Shown here piece by piece: positions 1 through 9,852 of a DNA stretch of 53,052 nucleotides. The position numbers and the translations under genes are program-made. The DNA lies in contig JAPLXO010000010.1 of NCBI GenBank assembly GCA_026396065.1, forward strand, positions 59,058-112,109, read 5' to 3'. Each line of letters opens with the position of its first letter. Positions within the stretch are counted from its first letter, which is position 1. The stretch is from Candidatus Nomurabacteria bacterium (GTDB lineage: Bacteria; Patescibacteriota; Minisyncoccia; Phycocordibacterales; UBA9973). A model generated the notes under the pieces. That model saw nothing but the letters and a program-made list of their open reading frames with translations. It was not told the origin of the DNA and did not search any database.

Positions 1-231
1 ATTATGCCACTACTTATATATCGGAAGTCTATAAGAGTGACACCAGACCGGCTCAGTTTATTAAGCGAGTGCTGGAACAAGTGAGAAATCAGCCATACTG
101 AAGTATGGAGAAAGCTTCTTGCCTAGAGTCAATTTTGCAATTAACATTTGAACGAAGTTTTACGAGATTACGTCCATTCTCGGCATGCATCAATAGCAAA
201 TATACCTCTTGTCTATGCCTTGCAGTCCCAA

Positions 232-678
232 TTATTTTTCTTTCAAAGTTCTTCGCACTTCGCGATCAGTATCACGTTTTTTTGTACTCTCGCGTTTATC
301 AAATTGTTTCTTACCTTTCACCAAAGCAATATTTACTTTGATTTTGGAACCTTTATTATACACTGAAAGTGGCACTATAGTCAAACTCTTATTTTTCTCA
401 CTTGCTGCGAGCTCGGCAATTTCTTTTTTAGTTAAAAGTAATTTTCTATTGCGAAGTGGGTCATAGTTAGCAGGTGCATTGGCTGGTTGGTAGGGAGGAA
501 TGTTTGAGTTAATAATATATGCTTCACCACCACGCACGATTACGAAAGCTCCTTCGAGAGACATTCGTCCACCACGTACAGACTTTACTTCCGTACCCAA
601 AAGCTCAATACCTGTTTCGTATTTTTCCAAGATTTCATAATCAAATCGTGCTTTTCTATTTTCTGCATAGTTAGCCAT
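232..678 (-). CDS. smpB: SsrA-binding protein SmpB
   Basis: NRKARFDY, GIELLGTEVKS, RKLLL and KGKKQFDKRE motifs. Confidence 0.97.
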   Translation of the reverse strand: MANYAENRKARFDYEILEKYETGIELLGTEVKSVRGGRMSLEGAFVIVRGGEAYIINSNIPPYQPANAPANYDPLRNRKLLLTKKEIAELAASEKNKSLTIVPLSVYNKGSKIKVNIALVKGKKQFDKRESTKKRDTDREVRRTLKEK

Positions 679-732
679 ATTTTAATACTATCATATTTTT
701 ATTTTTCTGTTTTTTGTGCTATTGTTTTACAT

Positions 733-2655
733 ATGGATTTTAATTTTTTAAAGAAGAAAGATGAGTCAAATAGTGGTAAGAAAAAAGGTGGGGAGCAACC
801 TAAGGGTCCTAATTTTACAAAGAGTATAGCTGGAATGTTGTTAATCTTTATGATTATCACGGCAGTATATTTGGCTGTATCTGGAAATATAAAAGATATA
901 ACAGAGGTTTCAATTTCTGATTTAGCAAAGAGTGTATCTCTAGGAGAAGTAAAGAGTATTGAAGTCTCAGGAGAGACTCTGACCGTTTCTTATAATAATG
1001 GAGATATAAAAGAAGCAAAAAAAGAAGTAGAATCATCTTTGTCTCAAACTTTATTTAATTATGGAGTAAAAGCCGATGTATTAGCAAAAACTGGCATTAC
1101 AGTAAAAAATGAAAGTGGTATTGGTTATTGGCTTTTGAATATTTTACCTTTTGCATTACCAATTTTATTTATTATATTTTTCTTTTGGTATCTTTCTCGC
1201 CAAGTAAAAGGTGCAGGAATGCAAGCATTTTCTTTTGGTCAATCAAAAGCACGTATCACTGACCCAAATGATAAAAATAATAAAGTCACGTTTAAAGATG
1301 TAGCAGGAAATAAAGAAGCTAAGCAAGAACTTTCTGAAATTGTAGATTTTTTGAAAAATCCAAAAAAGTTTCTCGACATTGGCGCACGAATTCCAAAAGG
1401 TGTAATGCTCACAGGTGCACCGGGAACAGGAAAGACTTTACTCGCTCGAGCAGTAGCAGGTGAGGCAGGCGTGCCATTTTTCCATTTATCTGGATCTGAA
1501 TTCGTTGAAATGTTTGTCGGTGTCGGAGCAAGCCGTGTACGTGATCTTTTCAAAATGGCAAAGAAAGCAGCTCCAGCAATTATTTTCGTAGATGAGATAG
1601 ATGCAGTAGGGCGTGTGCGTGGTGGAGGTTTTGGTGGTGGAAATGACGAACGCGAACAAACATTAAACCAAATACTCGTGGAGATGGATGGTTTCGAACC
1701 AAATGAAAAAGTAATTGTAATGGCTGCTACAAATCGCCCAGACGTCCTAGACCCAGCACTCCTTCGCCCAGGACGCTTTGATCGTCGTGTAATGCTCGAT
1801 CTTCCTGATCGTGCAGACCGTGAAGAAATTTTAAAAATTCATTCTCTTAAAAAACCATTTGCTGAAGATGTGAACCTTACAGTAATTGCCGAACGCACAC
1901 CTGGATTTTCTGGAGCAGATTTATATTCATTGATGAATGAAGGTGCAATCCTAGCTGCAAGGGAAGCTCGTAAAAAAGTACATCAATTTGATCTTATTCG
2001 CGCAATTGAAAAAGTAATGCTCGGTCCTGAAAGAAAAAGTCATTTACTTTCTAAAAAAGAAAAAGAGATTACTGCATATCACGAAGCAGGTCATGCTCTC
2101 GTAGCCTCTGTGCTTCCTTATGCTGACCCAGTACACAAAGTTTCAATCGTTGCTCGTGGCAGTGCTGGAGGTTATACATTGAAGCTTCCACTAGAAGATA
2201 GAAAACTTCAAAGCAAAAAAGAATTCATTGATGATATCGCTATGTCTATGGGTGGATATGTCGCTGAGAAAATGATTTTCGGAGATATTACTACAGGACC
2301 AAGTAGTGATTTACAAGTGGCATCACGACTCGCTCGTGCTATGGTAACTCGTTTTGGAATGTCTGACCTTATTGGCCCAGTGGTATTTGTCGAAGATGGT
2401 GGAAATTCAAAATGGGGAGGAAGTAGTGAAAAAGGATATTCTGAAGAAATTTCTGCACAAATTGATAATGAGGTAAATAGAATTGTTACTGACGGAATAA
2501 AATCTGCAGAAAAAGTTTTGACAGAAAATAGAAAAGCACTAGATGCTATAGCGAATGCCTTGATAGATGTAGAAACACTTGAGAGAGAAGATTATGAAAA
2601 GATAATTATTGCCAACGGAATTTTGCCAAAGAAAAAAGATGAAGTAAAAGTTTAA
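733..2655 (+). CDS. ftsH: ATP-dependent zinc metalloprotease FtsH
   Basis: Two TM helices, Walker [17 protein letters not shown], second region of homology RPGRFDR, HEAGH zinc motif. Confidence 0.98.
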   Translation: MDFNFLKKKDESNSGKKKGGEQPKGPNFTKSIAGMLLIFMIITAVYLAVSGNIKDITEVSISDLAKSVSLGEVKSIEVSGETLTVSYNNGDIKEAKKEVESSLSQTLFNYGVKADVLAKTGITVKNESGIGYWLLNILPFALPILFIIFFFWYLSRQVKGAGMQAFSFGQSKARITDPNDKNNKVTFKDVAGNKEAKQELSEIVDFLKNPKKFLDIGARIPKGVMLTGAPGTGKTLLARAVAGEAGVPFFHLSGSEFVEMFVGVGASRVRDLFKMAKKAAPAIIFVDEIDAVGRVRGGGFGGGNDEREQTLNQILVEMDGFEPNEKVIVMAATNRPDVLDPALLRPGRFDRRVMLDLPDRADREEILKIHSLKKPFAEDVNLTVIAERTPGFSGADLYSLMNEGAILAAREARKKVHQFDLIRAIEKVMLGPERKSHLLSKKEKEITAYHEAGHALVASVLPYADPVHKVSIVARGSAGGYTLKLPLEDRKLQSKKEFIDDIAMSMGGYVAEKMIFGDITTGPSSDLQVASRLARAMVTRFGMSDLIGPVVFVEDGGNSKWGGSSEKGYSEEISAQIDNEVNRIVTDGIKSAEKVLTENRKALDAIANALIDVETLEREDYEKIIIANGILPKKKDEVKV

Positions 2656-2772
2656 CAAAACATTGTTTTTAATTAAAAAATAAGATAATGTTTTTATATG
2701 CGCCCTTAGCTGTTTTGGCTAGGCGAAAAGTGTTAGAATAGTTTTAGTTGTTTTCTATAATAAACAACATTT

Positions 2773-2846
2773 GCGCCCTTAGCTCAGTTGGTTAGAGCAC
2801 AGAGCTTATACCTCTGGGGTCCATGGTTCGAATCCATGAGGGCGCA
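2773..2846 (+). tRNA. tRNA-Ile (anticodon TAT)
   Basis: Full cloverleaf: acceptor GCGCCCT/AGGGCGC, D stem GCTC/GAGC, anticodon stem CAGAG/CTCTG with loop CT-TAT-AC, T arm CATGG-TTCGAAT-CCATG, discriminator A. CCA is not encoded. Confidence 0.93.
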
Positions 2847-2891
2847 CACGTTCAAAAAAGCAGACTGCTCTGCTTTTTTGAACGTGTGCGC
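2842..2891. repeat. Perfect 23-bp inverted repeat overlapping the tRNA 3' end
   Basis: GCGCACACGTTCAAAAAAGCAGA-ctgc-TCTGCTTTTTTGAACGTGTGCGC. Confidence 0.9.
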
Positions 2892-2991
2892 AGACGCAGG
2901 CATGTTTCGCCAGCAAGCGAAACGGCCGAGTCGGGGCTGAGAAATTTTATGAGCGACGGCGAGTAAAATATTCGTGGCGCACAATATATAG

Positions 2992-3021
2992 TTGACAAAA
3001 CTTATTTTAATATGTTAATGT
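2992..3021 (+). promoter_or_regulatory. Sigma70-like promoter of the orphan gene
   Basis: TTGACA (2992-2997), 18 bp spacer, TG-n-TAATGT (3016-3021). Confidence 0.6.
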
Positions 3022-3147
3022 AAAACTAATTTCGTACATTGAAAAGTATTTTTGAGTGCTGGTGTTCTTCACTTTTTTCGTAATACAGTTGCGAGTAAAG
3101 CGAAGAATATCATCAATAAATTAATTATTAATTTCAAAAACAATACC

Positions 3148-3516
3148 ATGTATTTAACAGAAGAAAAAATCAAACCAAATTCTTTCATAATGATAGAATT
3201 TGAAGATGGTACCAAAGAACCATATTTTGTAAATCGAAAAGGAGTTGGGTGCATTACTGAAGCAACTATGTTGCTAGGCAGAAGGCTAACTGACCTTGTA
3301 GCAGATCCTTCACTTTTTAAACCTTTAAACAAGACATCAGATCGTGTATGGTGTCCGGAAAGGTTTTATATTGAAAACAAAAAAAGAACAGGAAAGCACA
3401 CCGGGGTAAATGGTTACAGAAAGCTAAGGAAATCAGAAAAGAAACAATTAGCCCGAAAGGTCAGATTAATCCCTGAATTAAAAGTATTAGCAAAGGTAAT
3501 TTATTCTGTAAATTAG
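3148..3516 (+). CDS. Hypothetical basic protein (122 aa)
   Basis: ATG at 3148 preferred over the TTG at 3052 because the upstream part forms a leader hairpin. Has its own promoter and terminator. No family recognised. Confidence 0.65.
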   Translation: MYLTEEKIKPNSFIMIEFEDGTKEPYFVNRKGVGCITEATMLLGRRLTDLVADPSLFKPLNKTSDRVWCPERFYIENKKRTGKHTGVNGYRKLRKSEKKQLARKVRLIPELKVLAKVIYSVN

Positions 3517-3534
3517 CCACAGGAATTATTAAAC

Positions 3535-3570
3535 AAAAAGCCCCATTTATTTTTTGAATGGGGCTTTTTT
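3535..3570 (+). terminator. Intrinsic terminator
   Basis: AAAAAGCCCCATTT...GAATGGGGCTTTTTT hairpin followed by a U-tract. Confidence 0.8.
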
Positions 3571-3618
3571 ATTTTTCTATAAATTCCAGCTAGCGATACA
3601 ACGTGCTATAATCTAAAA

Positions 3619-5268
3619 ATGCAAAAAGTTCAGAAAAATGCATCAGATGTATTTGTAGAATGCCTTGAAAACGAAGGAGTTCAGTATGTTTTTGGTGTTC
3701 CGGGTGAAGAAAATCTCACTTTTCTAGAGGCAATTCGAAATTCAAAAATTACTTTTATTACTACTCGTCATGAGCAAGGAGCAGTTTTTATGGCGGCGAC
3801 AATTGGCCGGCTCACAGGAAAAGTCGGCGTAGCACTTTCTACGCTTGGTCCCGGAGCAACTAATCTTTTTACTGGAGTAGCGTATGCGCAACTTGCTGGA
3901 ATCCCACTTCTCGTAATTACAGGACAAAAGCCAATTAAAAAAAGTAAACAAGGGAAATTTCAAATTATTGATGTAGTAGAAATGATGAAGCCAGTTACAA
4001 AATTTTCTGAAACAATTATTTCAGGCGACAAAGTACCTAGTCTTGTACGCGAAGCGATTCGTCTCGCCGAAGCAGAACGTCCTGGAGCTGTGCATTTAGA
4101 ATTACCAGAAGATATTGCGCTAGAATCTTGTAAAGTAGATCCAATTATTCCTTATAATGCTCGTCGTCCTGTTGCAGATGCGAAATCAATCACAATGGCC
4201 CTAGAAGTAATTGAAAATTCTAAAAATCCTTTGATAGTAGTAGCTTCTGGGGGTAACCGTAAACTTGTCCGTAAGCAGTTGCAAATATTTTTAGAAAAGA
4301 CTGGTATTCCTTTTGTCTCAACACAAATGGGTAAAGGTGTTGAGAATGAAAATTCAAAACTTTATATTGGCACTACTTCTCTTTCTGATGGAGACTACGT
4401 ACACCAAGTGCTTCGTAAAGCAGATACGATAATAATGATAGGTCATGATATTAGTGAAAAACCACCAATAGTTTTGACACCAGAAAATTGTAAAGTAATT
4501 CATATAAATTTTTATCCAGCATTTTTGGATGATGTTTATATTCCTACTCTTGAAGTGGTAGGAGATATTTCACATACACTTTGGGCATTTTCAGAAAATA
4601 TAAAAAATAATCCTGCTTGGGATTTTAATTACTTTTTTAAAGTTCGAGATATGTTGAAAAAAGATATTGCAACTTTTTCAAATTCAAAAGATTTTCCAAT
4701 GCGACCAGAGCGTATTGTTTCTGATATTAGTAAAGTTTTACCAGACGATGGTATGCTCGCACTAGATAATGGCATGTACAAAATTTGGATTGCTAGAAAT
4801 TTTGTGAGTAAAGAACAAAATAGTATTTTATTAGACAATGCTTTAGCTACTATGGGCGCAGGATTACCATCTGGTATTGCATCAAAAATTCTTTATCCCA
4901 ATAAAAAAGTGCTCGTTGTGGCAGGAGATGGAGGTTTTATGATGAATATAGCAGAGCTGGAAACTGCTGTGCGCCTAGGTGTTAATTTAACCGTTTTAAT
5001 TTTAGATGATTCTGGTTTTGGTATGATTCGTTGGAAGCAGAAAGATATGAATTTGTCTGAATTTGGGCTTTCTTTTAAGAATCCAGACTTCGTTGTATTA
5101 GCAAAAAGTTTTGGAGCTATTGGTCACTTGGTTAAAAAAGCTGATGATTTAGTTACACTTTTAAAGAAAACGTTAAATGCAAAAGGTGTGCATATTATCG
5201 CTTGTCCTATTAATTATAAAGATGCAAATAAAATATTAGGTCTTATTAAAAGTAAAACAACCAAATAA
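3619..5268 (+). CDS. ThDP-dependent acetolactate-synthase-like enzyme (possible 2-oxoacid decarboxylase)
   Basis: FGVPGEEN, RHEQGA, GPGATN and ThDP-binding GDGGFMM motifs. Confidence 0.88.
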   Translation: MQKVQKNASDVFVECLENEGVQYVFGVPGEENLTFLEAIRNSKITFITTRHEQGAVFMAATIGRLTGKVGVALSTLGPGATNLFTGVAYAQLAGIPLLVITGQKPIKKSKQGKFQIIDVVEMMKPVTKFSETIISGDKVPSLVREAIRLAEAERPGAVHLELPEDIALESCKVDPIIPYNARRPVADAKSITMALEVIENSKNPLIVVASGGNRKLVRKQLQIFLEKTGIPFVSTQMGKGVENENSKLYIGTTSLSDGDYVHQVLRKADTIIMIGHDISEKPPIVLTPENCKVIHINFYPAFLDDVYIPTLEVVGDISHTLWAFSENIKNNPAWDFNYFFKVRDMLKKDIATFSNSKDFPMRPERIVSDISKVLPDDGMLALDNGMYKIWIARNFVSKEQNSILLDNALATMGAGLPSGIASKILYPNKKVLVVAGDGGFMMNIAELETAVRLGVNLTVLILDDSGFGMIRWKQKDMNLSEFGLSFKNPDFVVLAKSFGAIGHLVKKADDLVTLLKKTLNAKGVHIIACPINYKDANKILGLIKSKTTK

Positions 5269-5271
5269 TTT

Positions 5272-6639
5272 ATGGCAATACAATCAAAAAATCCAGCTAC
5301 AGAAGAAGTAATAAAAGATTATAAAGAATTATCTAACGAAGAGTTAGAGCAAAAAATACAAAATGCAAAAGAGTCTTTTCTTTCTTGGAAAGAAACTTCT
5401 TTTTTTGAACGTTCAAAATTAATGCATGCTCATGCTACATATTTAAGACTTCATGCAGAAGAAATGGCGATACTTGCAAGTATAGAAATGGGTAAAACAA
5501 AAAATGCAGCGCTTACTGAAATTGAAAAATGTGCATTTACTTGTGATTATTATGCTGAAAATGCAGAGCGTATTTTATCTCCAGAAAAACTAGACACACC
5601 TGCACAAGAAAATTATGCATCTTTTGAACCACTAGGTATTGTATTTGCTGTTATGCCTTGGAACTTTCCATATTGGCAAGTGTACCGCTTTGCTGTACCT
5701 GCATTAATGGCTGGTAACGTAGGACTTTTAAAACATGCATCAAATGTGCCAGGATGTGCTGAAGCAATGGAAAAAGCATTTTTGGAAACAGGTTTTCCTT
5801 CAGGGGTTTTTCAAAACTTATTTTTAAGTTCTTCTCGTGTTGAAAATGTAATTCGTGATTCACGTATAATAGCTGTCACTTTAACAGGTAGTGAAAAAGC
5901 TGGAAGAAGTGTAGCCTCTATTGCTGGAGATGAAATTAAAAAAACAGTTTTAGAGCTAGGTGGCAGTGATCCATTTATCGTTTTAGATGATGCTGATATT
6001 GAAGCAGCTGCTGACAGCGCAATGATTGGTAGAATGCAAAATAATGCAGGCCAAAGTTGTATTTCTGCAAAAAGATTTATTGTGATTGATTCTATTGCTG
6101 AAAAATTTACTAAAGCTTTTGTTTCTCGTTTTGAAAAATTAATAATTGGTGATCCGCTTTCATCTGAAACAAATGTCGGACCTTTAGCAAATGAACAGGG
6201 GCTTTTGGAAATTGAAAGACAAGTCAATGAATCAGTTTCTCTGGGCGCAAAAGTTTTATATGGAGGTAAAAGATTTGGAGATAAGGGATATTTTTATATG
6301 CCGACAATTTTATCTAATGTAGCAAAAGGAATGCCAGTTTATGATGAAGAAGTATTTGGGCCTGTGGCACCTATAATAGTAGTATCTTCAGAAGAAGATG
6401 CTATACGTATTGCTAATGATACTCCTTTTGGTTTAGGGTCTACTATATTTACTAAAGATTTAGAAAAAGCCAAAAAATTAGCAAAAAAAATAGAGGCTGG
6501 AAATGTATTTATTAATGGTTTTGTTCGCTCTGATCCACGTGCACCATTTGGTGGTATTAAGCGTTCTGGTTATGGACGTGAACTTTCTGACTATGGTATA
6601 AAAGAATTTGTGAATATTAAAAATGTGTGGATTGTCTAA
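5272..6639 (+). CDS. NAD(P)-dependent succinate-semialdehyde dehydrogenase family aldehyde dehydrogenase
   Basis: MPWNFP, TGSEKAG, LELGGSDP, catalytic GQSC, EEVFGP and PFGGIKRSGYGRE motifs. Confidence 0.92.
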   Translation: MAIQSKNPATEEVIKDYKELSNEELEQKIQNAKESFLSWKETSFFERSKLMHAHATYLRLHAEEMAILASIEMGKTKNAALTEIEKCAFTCDYYAENAERILSPEKLDTPAQENYASFEPLGIVFAVMPWNFPYWQVYRFAVPALMAGNVGLLKHASNVPGCAEAMEKAFLETGFPSGVFQNLFLSSSRVENVIRDSRIIAVTLTGSEKAGRSVASIAGDEIKKTVLELGGSDPFIVLDDADIEAAADSAMIGRMQNNAGQSCISAKRFIVIDSIAEKFTKAFVSRFEKLIIGDPLSSETNVGPLANEQGLLEIERQVNESVSLGAKVLYGGKRFGDKGYFYMPTILSNVAKGMPVYDEEVFGPVAPIIVVSSEEDAIRIANDTPFGLGSTIFTKDLEKAKKLAKKIEAGNVFINGFVRSDPRAPFGGIKRSGYGRELSDYGIKEFVNIKNVWIV

Positions 6640-6651
6640 ATATTAAATAAT

Positions 6652-7263
6652 ATGAAAAAAATAGTACTTTTTGATTTTGATGGAGTGCTCGTAGATACAT
6701 TGCTTATTTATTATGGAATAAGTAAACAAGTTAACAGTGACATGTCACTCGAAGAGTATAAAACTTTTTTTGAAGGAAATATTCATGATGCGATAAGGCA
6801 AGATGGAAGTATGAGAAAACCACATAAGGATTTTCATAGAGAATTTGAACCATTTATACGAGAAATAAAAATACCACAAATATTAAAAGACATTTTAAAT
6901 AATTTAGCTCACAAATACACTTTAATTATAGTGTCTTCAACACCTACAAATGCTATTAAACAAATTTTAAAAAATGAACGAGTTGAAAATTGTTTTACAG
7001 ATGTATTGGGCGCAGATGTACATACGTCAAAAATAGTAAAAATAAATAGTTTACTTGAAGAATATAAAATAGAACCAAAAAATGTATTATTTATTACTGA
7101 CACATTGGGGGATATACGAGAAGGAGAAAAATGTAATGTTCAATCTATCGCTGTATCTTGGGGTTTCCATGAAAAGGAAGTGCTCGAAAAAGGGAAGCCA
7201 TTTGCAATTATTGATAATCCTATAGATTTAGAAAATAAAGTAGATGAATTTTTTGTAGTATAA
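6652..7263 (+). CDS. HAD-family hydrolase (phosphoglycolate phosphatase-like)
   Basis: FDFDGVLVDT motif I, ITDTLGD motif IV, VSWGF. Confidence 0.9.
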   Translation: MKKIVLFDFDGVLVDTLLIYYGISKQVNSDMSLEEYKTFFEGNIHDAIRQDGSMRKPHKDFHREFEPFIREIKIPQILKDILNNLAHKYTLIIVSSTPTNAIKQILKNERVENCFTDVLGADVHTSKIVKINSLLEEYKIEPKNVLFITDTLGDIREGEKCNVQSIAVSWGFHEKEVLEKGKPFAIIDNPIDLENKVDEFFVV

Positions 7264-7271
7264 TTAGTTTA

Positions 7272-7856
7272 ATGCATCATAAATATCACACAGAAGGAAT
7301 AATACTAGGAAGTAATGATTTCGGAGAGACTGGAAAGTTTTACTCTATTTTTACGCGTGAATTGGGAATGATAAATGCTACAGCTCAAGGTGTGAGGAAG
7401 ATGTCTTCAAAATTGCGCTATGTTTTGCAGGACTTTAATTATGTGAAAGTCGACTTAGTTCGTGGTAAAGAATTGTGGAGAATTACTAGTGCTTCAAAAA
7501 CAAATGAGTTAGAGAAAATTTCTAAGACAAAAATTGGGTTGATAACTCTTGCAAATATTTCACGTCTATTAAAAAGACTTCTTTCTGGAGAAGAACAAAA
7601 TGAGGCTTTATTTGCAGATTTAATTGATGGTTTGCGTATTTTAGAGATAAAAGTAGAAAAAGGGGAAAATTTAAATAATATTGAGACTGTATTAGTTTTA
7701 AGAATTTTATATAATCTTGGATATTTTAGTAATGATAAAAATATTTCAAGTTTGATACTTTCTCCTTTCACAGAAGATGTATTATTATATGCAGAAAAAA
7801 ATCGTTCTATTATTTTGTCACAAATAAACAAGGCTTTAGGTGAAACACAAATGTAA
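7272..7856 (+). CDS. recO: DNA repair protein RecO
   Basis: TEGIIL..DFGE..FTRELG..AQGVRK..SKL N-terminal OB-fold signature. Confidence 0.85.
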   Translation: MHHKYHTEGIILGSNDFGETGKFYSIFTRELGMINATAQGVRKMSSKLRYVLQDFNYVKVDLVRGKELWRITSASKTNELEKISKTKIGLITLANISRLLKRLLSGEEQNEALFADLIDGLRILEIKVEKGENLNNIETVLVLRILYNLGYFSNDKNISSLILSPFTEDVLLYAEKNRSIILSQINKALGETQM

Positions 7857-7909
7857 CACCTGCCCCATAAAAGATTTTAAAATCTTGTTCGGGGTGTTAT
7901 AATTAAACA

Positions 7910-9838
7910 ATGGAAACAGACGAAGAAAAAGAAAAACTTCATCGCTTGGAAGATATGAAAACAAAGCTTTTCAGCAAGAGTTATAAATCTATTCTTGCCA
8001 AGCGTTCTGGGATTTTACATAGAACACATTATGACATCGCAGATGAATGGCAAAATGAAGAGCATGCTGAAAATTTAACAAGTAAGATATTTATGAAAAC
8101 TTCTTTATTTAAAAAATTCTTTATTTTTTCGATAGGTTTTTTCCTAATAGCACTTATTTTTGCTGGATATACTTTTTTCGGTGGAGGAAATACTGTTTCA
8201 AATGAAAATATAGATATACAAATTTTAGGAAATACCTTTACAGCAGGAGGAGAAGAATTACCGTTACAAATTGAAATTACAAATAAAAATAGTGCTGCTC
8301 TTGAGCTCGCTGATTTAATTGTAGAATATCCAAAAGGTTCATCTACTGATTTATCTCAAGATGTTAATCGTATTCGTGATTCTCTGGGTACTATTCCAGC
8401 AGGAAAGGTGCAGACAGATAATGTAAAAGTTGTTTTATTTGGTGAACAAGGAAGTACACGACCAGTAAAAATTTCTATCGAATATCGTGTAGAAGGAAGC
8501 AACGCAATTTTTGTTAAAGAAAAAGATTATTCTGTTTCTATTAGTTCTGCGCCAATAGATCTTTCTATAAATGCACCTGATGAAATGAGTCCAAATCAAG
8601 ATGTTACTTTTATTGTTAAAACAAATTTAAATGCAACGAAACCAATTTCAGGTTTATTGCTAAAAGTAGATTATCCAACTGGTTTTCAAATTACGACATC
8701 TAATCCTACACCAACAAATGGTTCCAATATTTGGGATTTAGGTGATCTTTCTCCTGGAGCAGAAAGAGACATTAGTATTACTGGAAAAATAATTGGAGCA
8801 GGTGAAGGTGAACAAAAAAGTTTTCATTTTTTTGTAGGATCTCCAAATGCTTCCGATAAATCATCTATTGGTGTAATTTTTAATTCTGTTGGGCATACTG
8901 TATTAATTAAAAAACCTTTTATTCAAGCAAGGCTTTTGGTTAATGGAGTTTATCAGAGTGAGTATGCATCTGATTCAAATACAAATATTTCTGGATCTAT
9001 TGAATGGGTTAATAATTTAACAACAAAATTAAATGATGTTTCTATTGTCGCTAAAATTTCTGGTAGTGCTTTAGATAAAAATAAAATAATTAGCCAAAAT
9101 GGTTTTTATAATTCACTAGATAATACTATTACTTGGGACAGAAATTCTCTTTCTCAGTTTACTCAGGTTGATCCTGGAGATACTGGAACTGTAGATTTTT
9201 CTTTACATCCAGTTTCACTTTTTTCTTCCGGAGGATTAGTTAGTGATCCATTAATACATATTGATGTTTCTATTAGTGGTAAACAACCACAAGAAGGAAA
9301 TACTGTAAGTATGTTGACTGATTCTGAATCTAAAACAATTAAAATAATTTCTGATCTTGGTTTTATAAATAAAGCACTTTATTATTCTGGAGCGTTTCCA
9401 AATACTGGACCTATTCCTCCAAAAGTAGGACAAGAGACCACTTATACAGTAGTTTGGTCTATTTCAAATACTTCAAATAATATTTCTAAAGCAAAAATAA
9501 GTTCTACTCTTCCTTCGTGGGCTAGATTTGTAGGGCCTGTTTCTCCTGCTGCTGAAGATTTGCAATATAATGCAAATACAAAAGAAATTGCTTGGAACAT
9601 CGGCATAATACCAAAAGGCACTGGTATTGCTGGAGGTACAAAAGAAGTTTCATTTCAAATTGCCTTCACTCCATCTTTGTCACAAGTGGGTACCGCACCA
9701 ATTTTGATAAATGACTCTGCTTTGACTGCTCACGATGATTTTGCTAATGTAGACTTGAGAGTAAATAAATCGTCTCTTACTACAAATCTTGCTAGTGATT
9801 CAGCGTTGCCTTCTGGTGGTGCTAGAGTAGTACAATAA
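7910..9838 (+). CDS. Membrane-anchored protein with multiple Ig-like (DUF11-like) domains
   Basis: Single TM helix at ~aa 70-90, then beta-rich repeats (WDLGDLSPG, AWNIG, GPIPPKVGQETTYTVVW). Confidence 0.7.
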   Translation: METDEEKEKLHRLEDMKTKLFSKSYKSILAKRSGILHRTHYDIADEWQNEEHAENLTSKIFMKTSLFKKFFIFSIGFFLIALIFAGYTFFGGGNTVSNENIDIQILGNTFTAGGEELPLQIEITNKNSAALELADLIVEYPKGSSTDLSQDVNRIRDSLGTIPAGKVQTDNVKVVLFGEQGSTRPVKISIEYRVEGSNAIFVKEKDYSVSISSAPIDLSINAPDEMSPNQDVTFIVKTNLNATKPISGLLLKVDYPTGFQITTSNPTPTNGSNIWDLGDLSPGAERDISITGKIIGAGEGEQKSFHFFVGSPNASDKSSIGVIFNSVGHTVLIKKPFIQARLLVNGVYQSEYASDSNTNISGSIEWVNNLTTKLNDVSIVAKISGSALDKNKIISQNGFYNSLDNTITWDRNSLSQFTQVDPGDTGTVDFSLHPVSLFSSGGLVSDPLIHIDVSISGKQPQEGNTVSMLTDSESKTIKIISDLGFINKALYYSGAFPNTGPIPPKVGQETTYTVVWSISNTSNNISKAKISSTLPSWARFVGPVSPAAEDLQYNANTKEIAWNIGIIPKGTGIAGGTKEVSFQIAFTPSLSQVGTAPILINDSALTAHDDFANVDLRVNKSSLTTNLASDSALPSGGARVVQ

Positions 9839-9852
9839 TTTTAACTAAAAAA

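Noticed and set aside
3-101. Possible 3' end of an upstream gene (YATTYISE...NQPY*)
   Set aside because: Too short to support or identify.
105-466. Short plus-strand ORFs overlapping smpB, and similar antisense ORFs throughout the track
   Set aside because: Shadow ORFs of well-supported genes, with no motifs.
2784-2984. 66 aa minus-strand ORF
   Set aside because: Antisense to the tRNA and the structured element.
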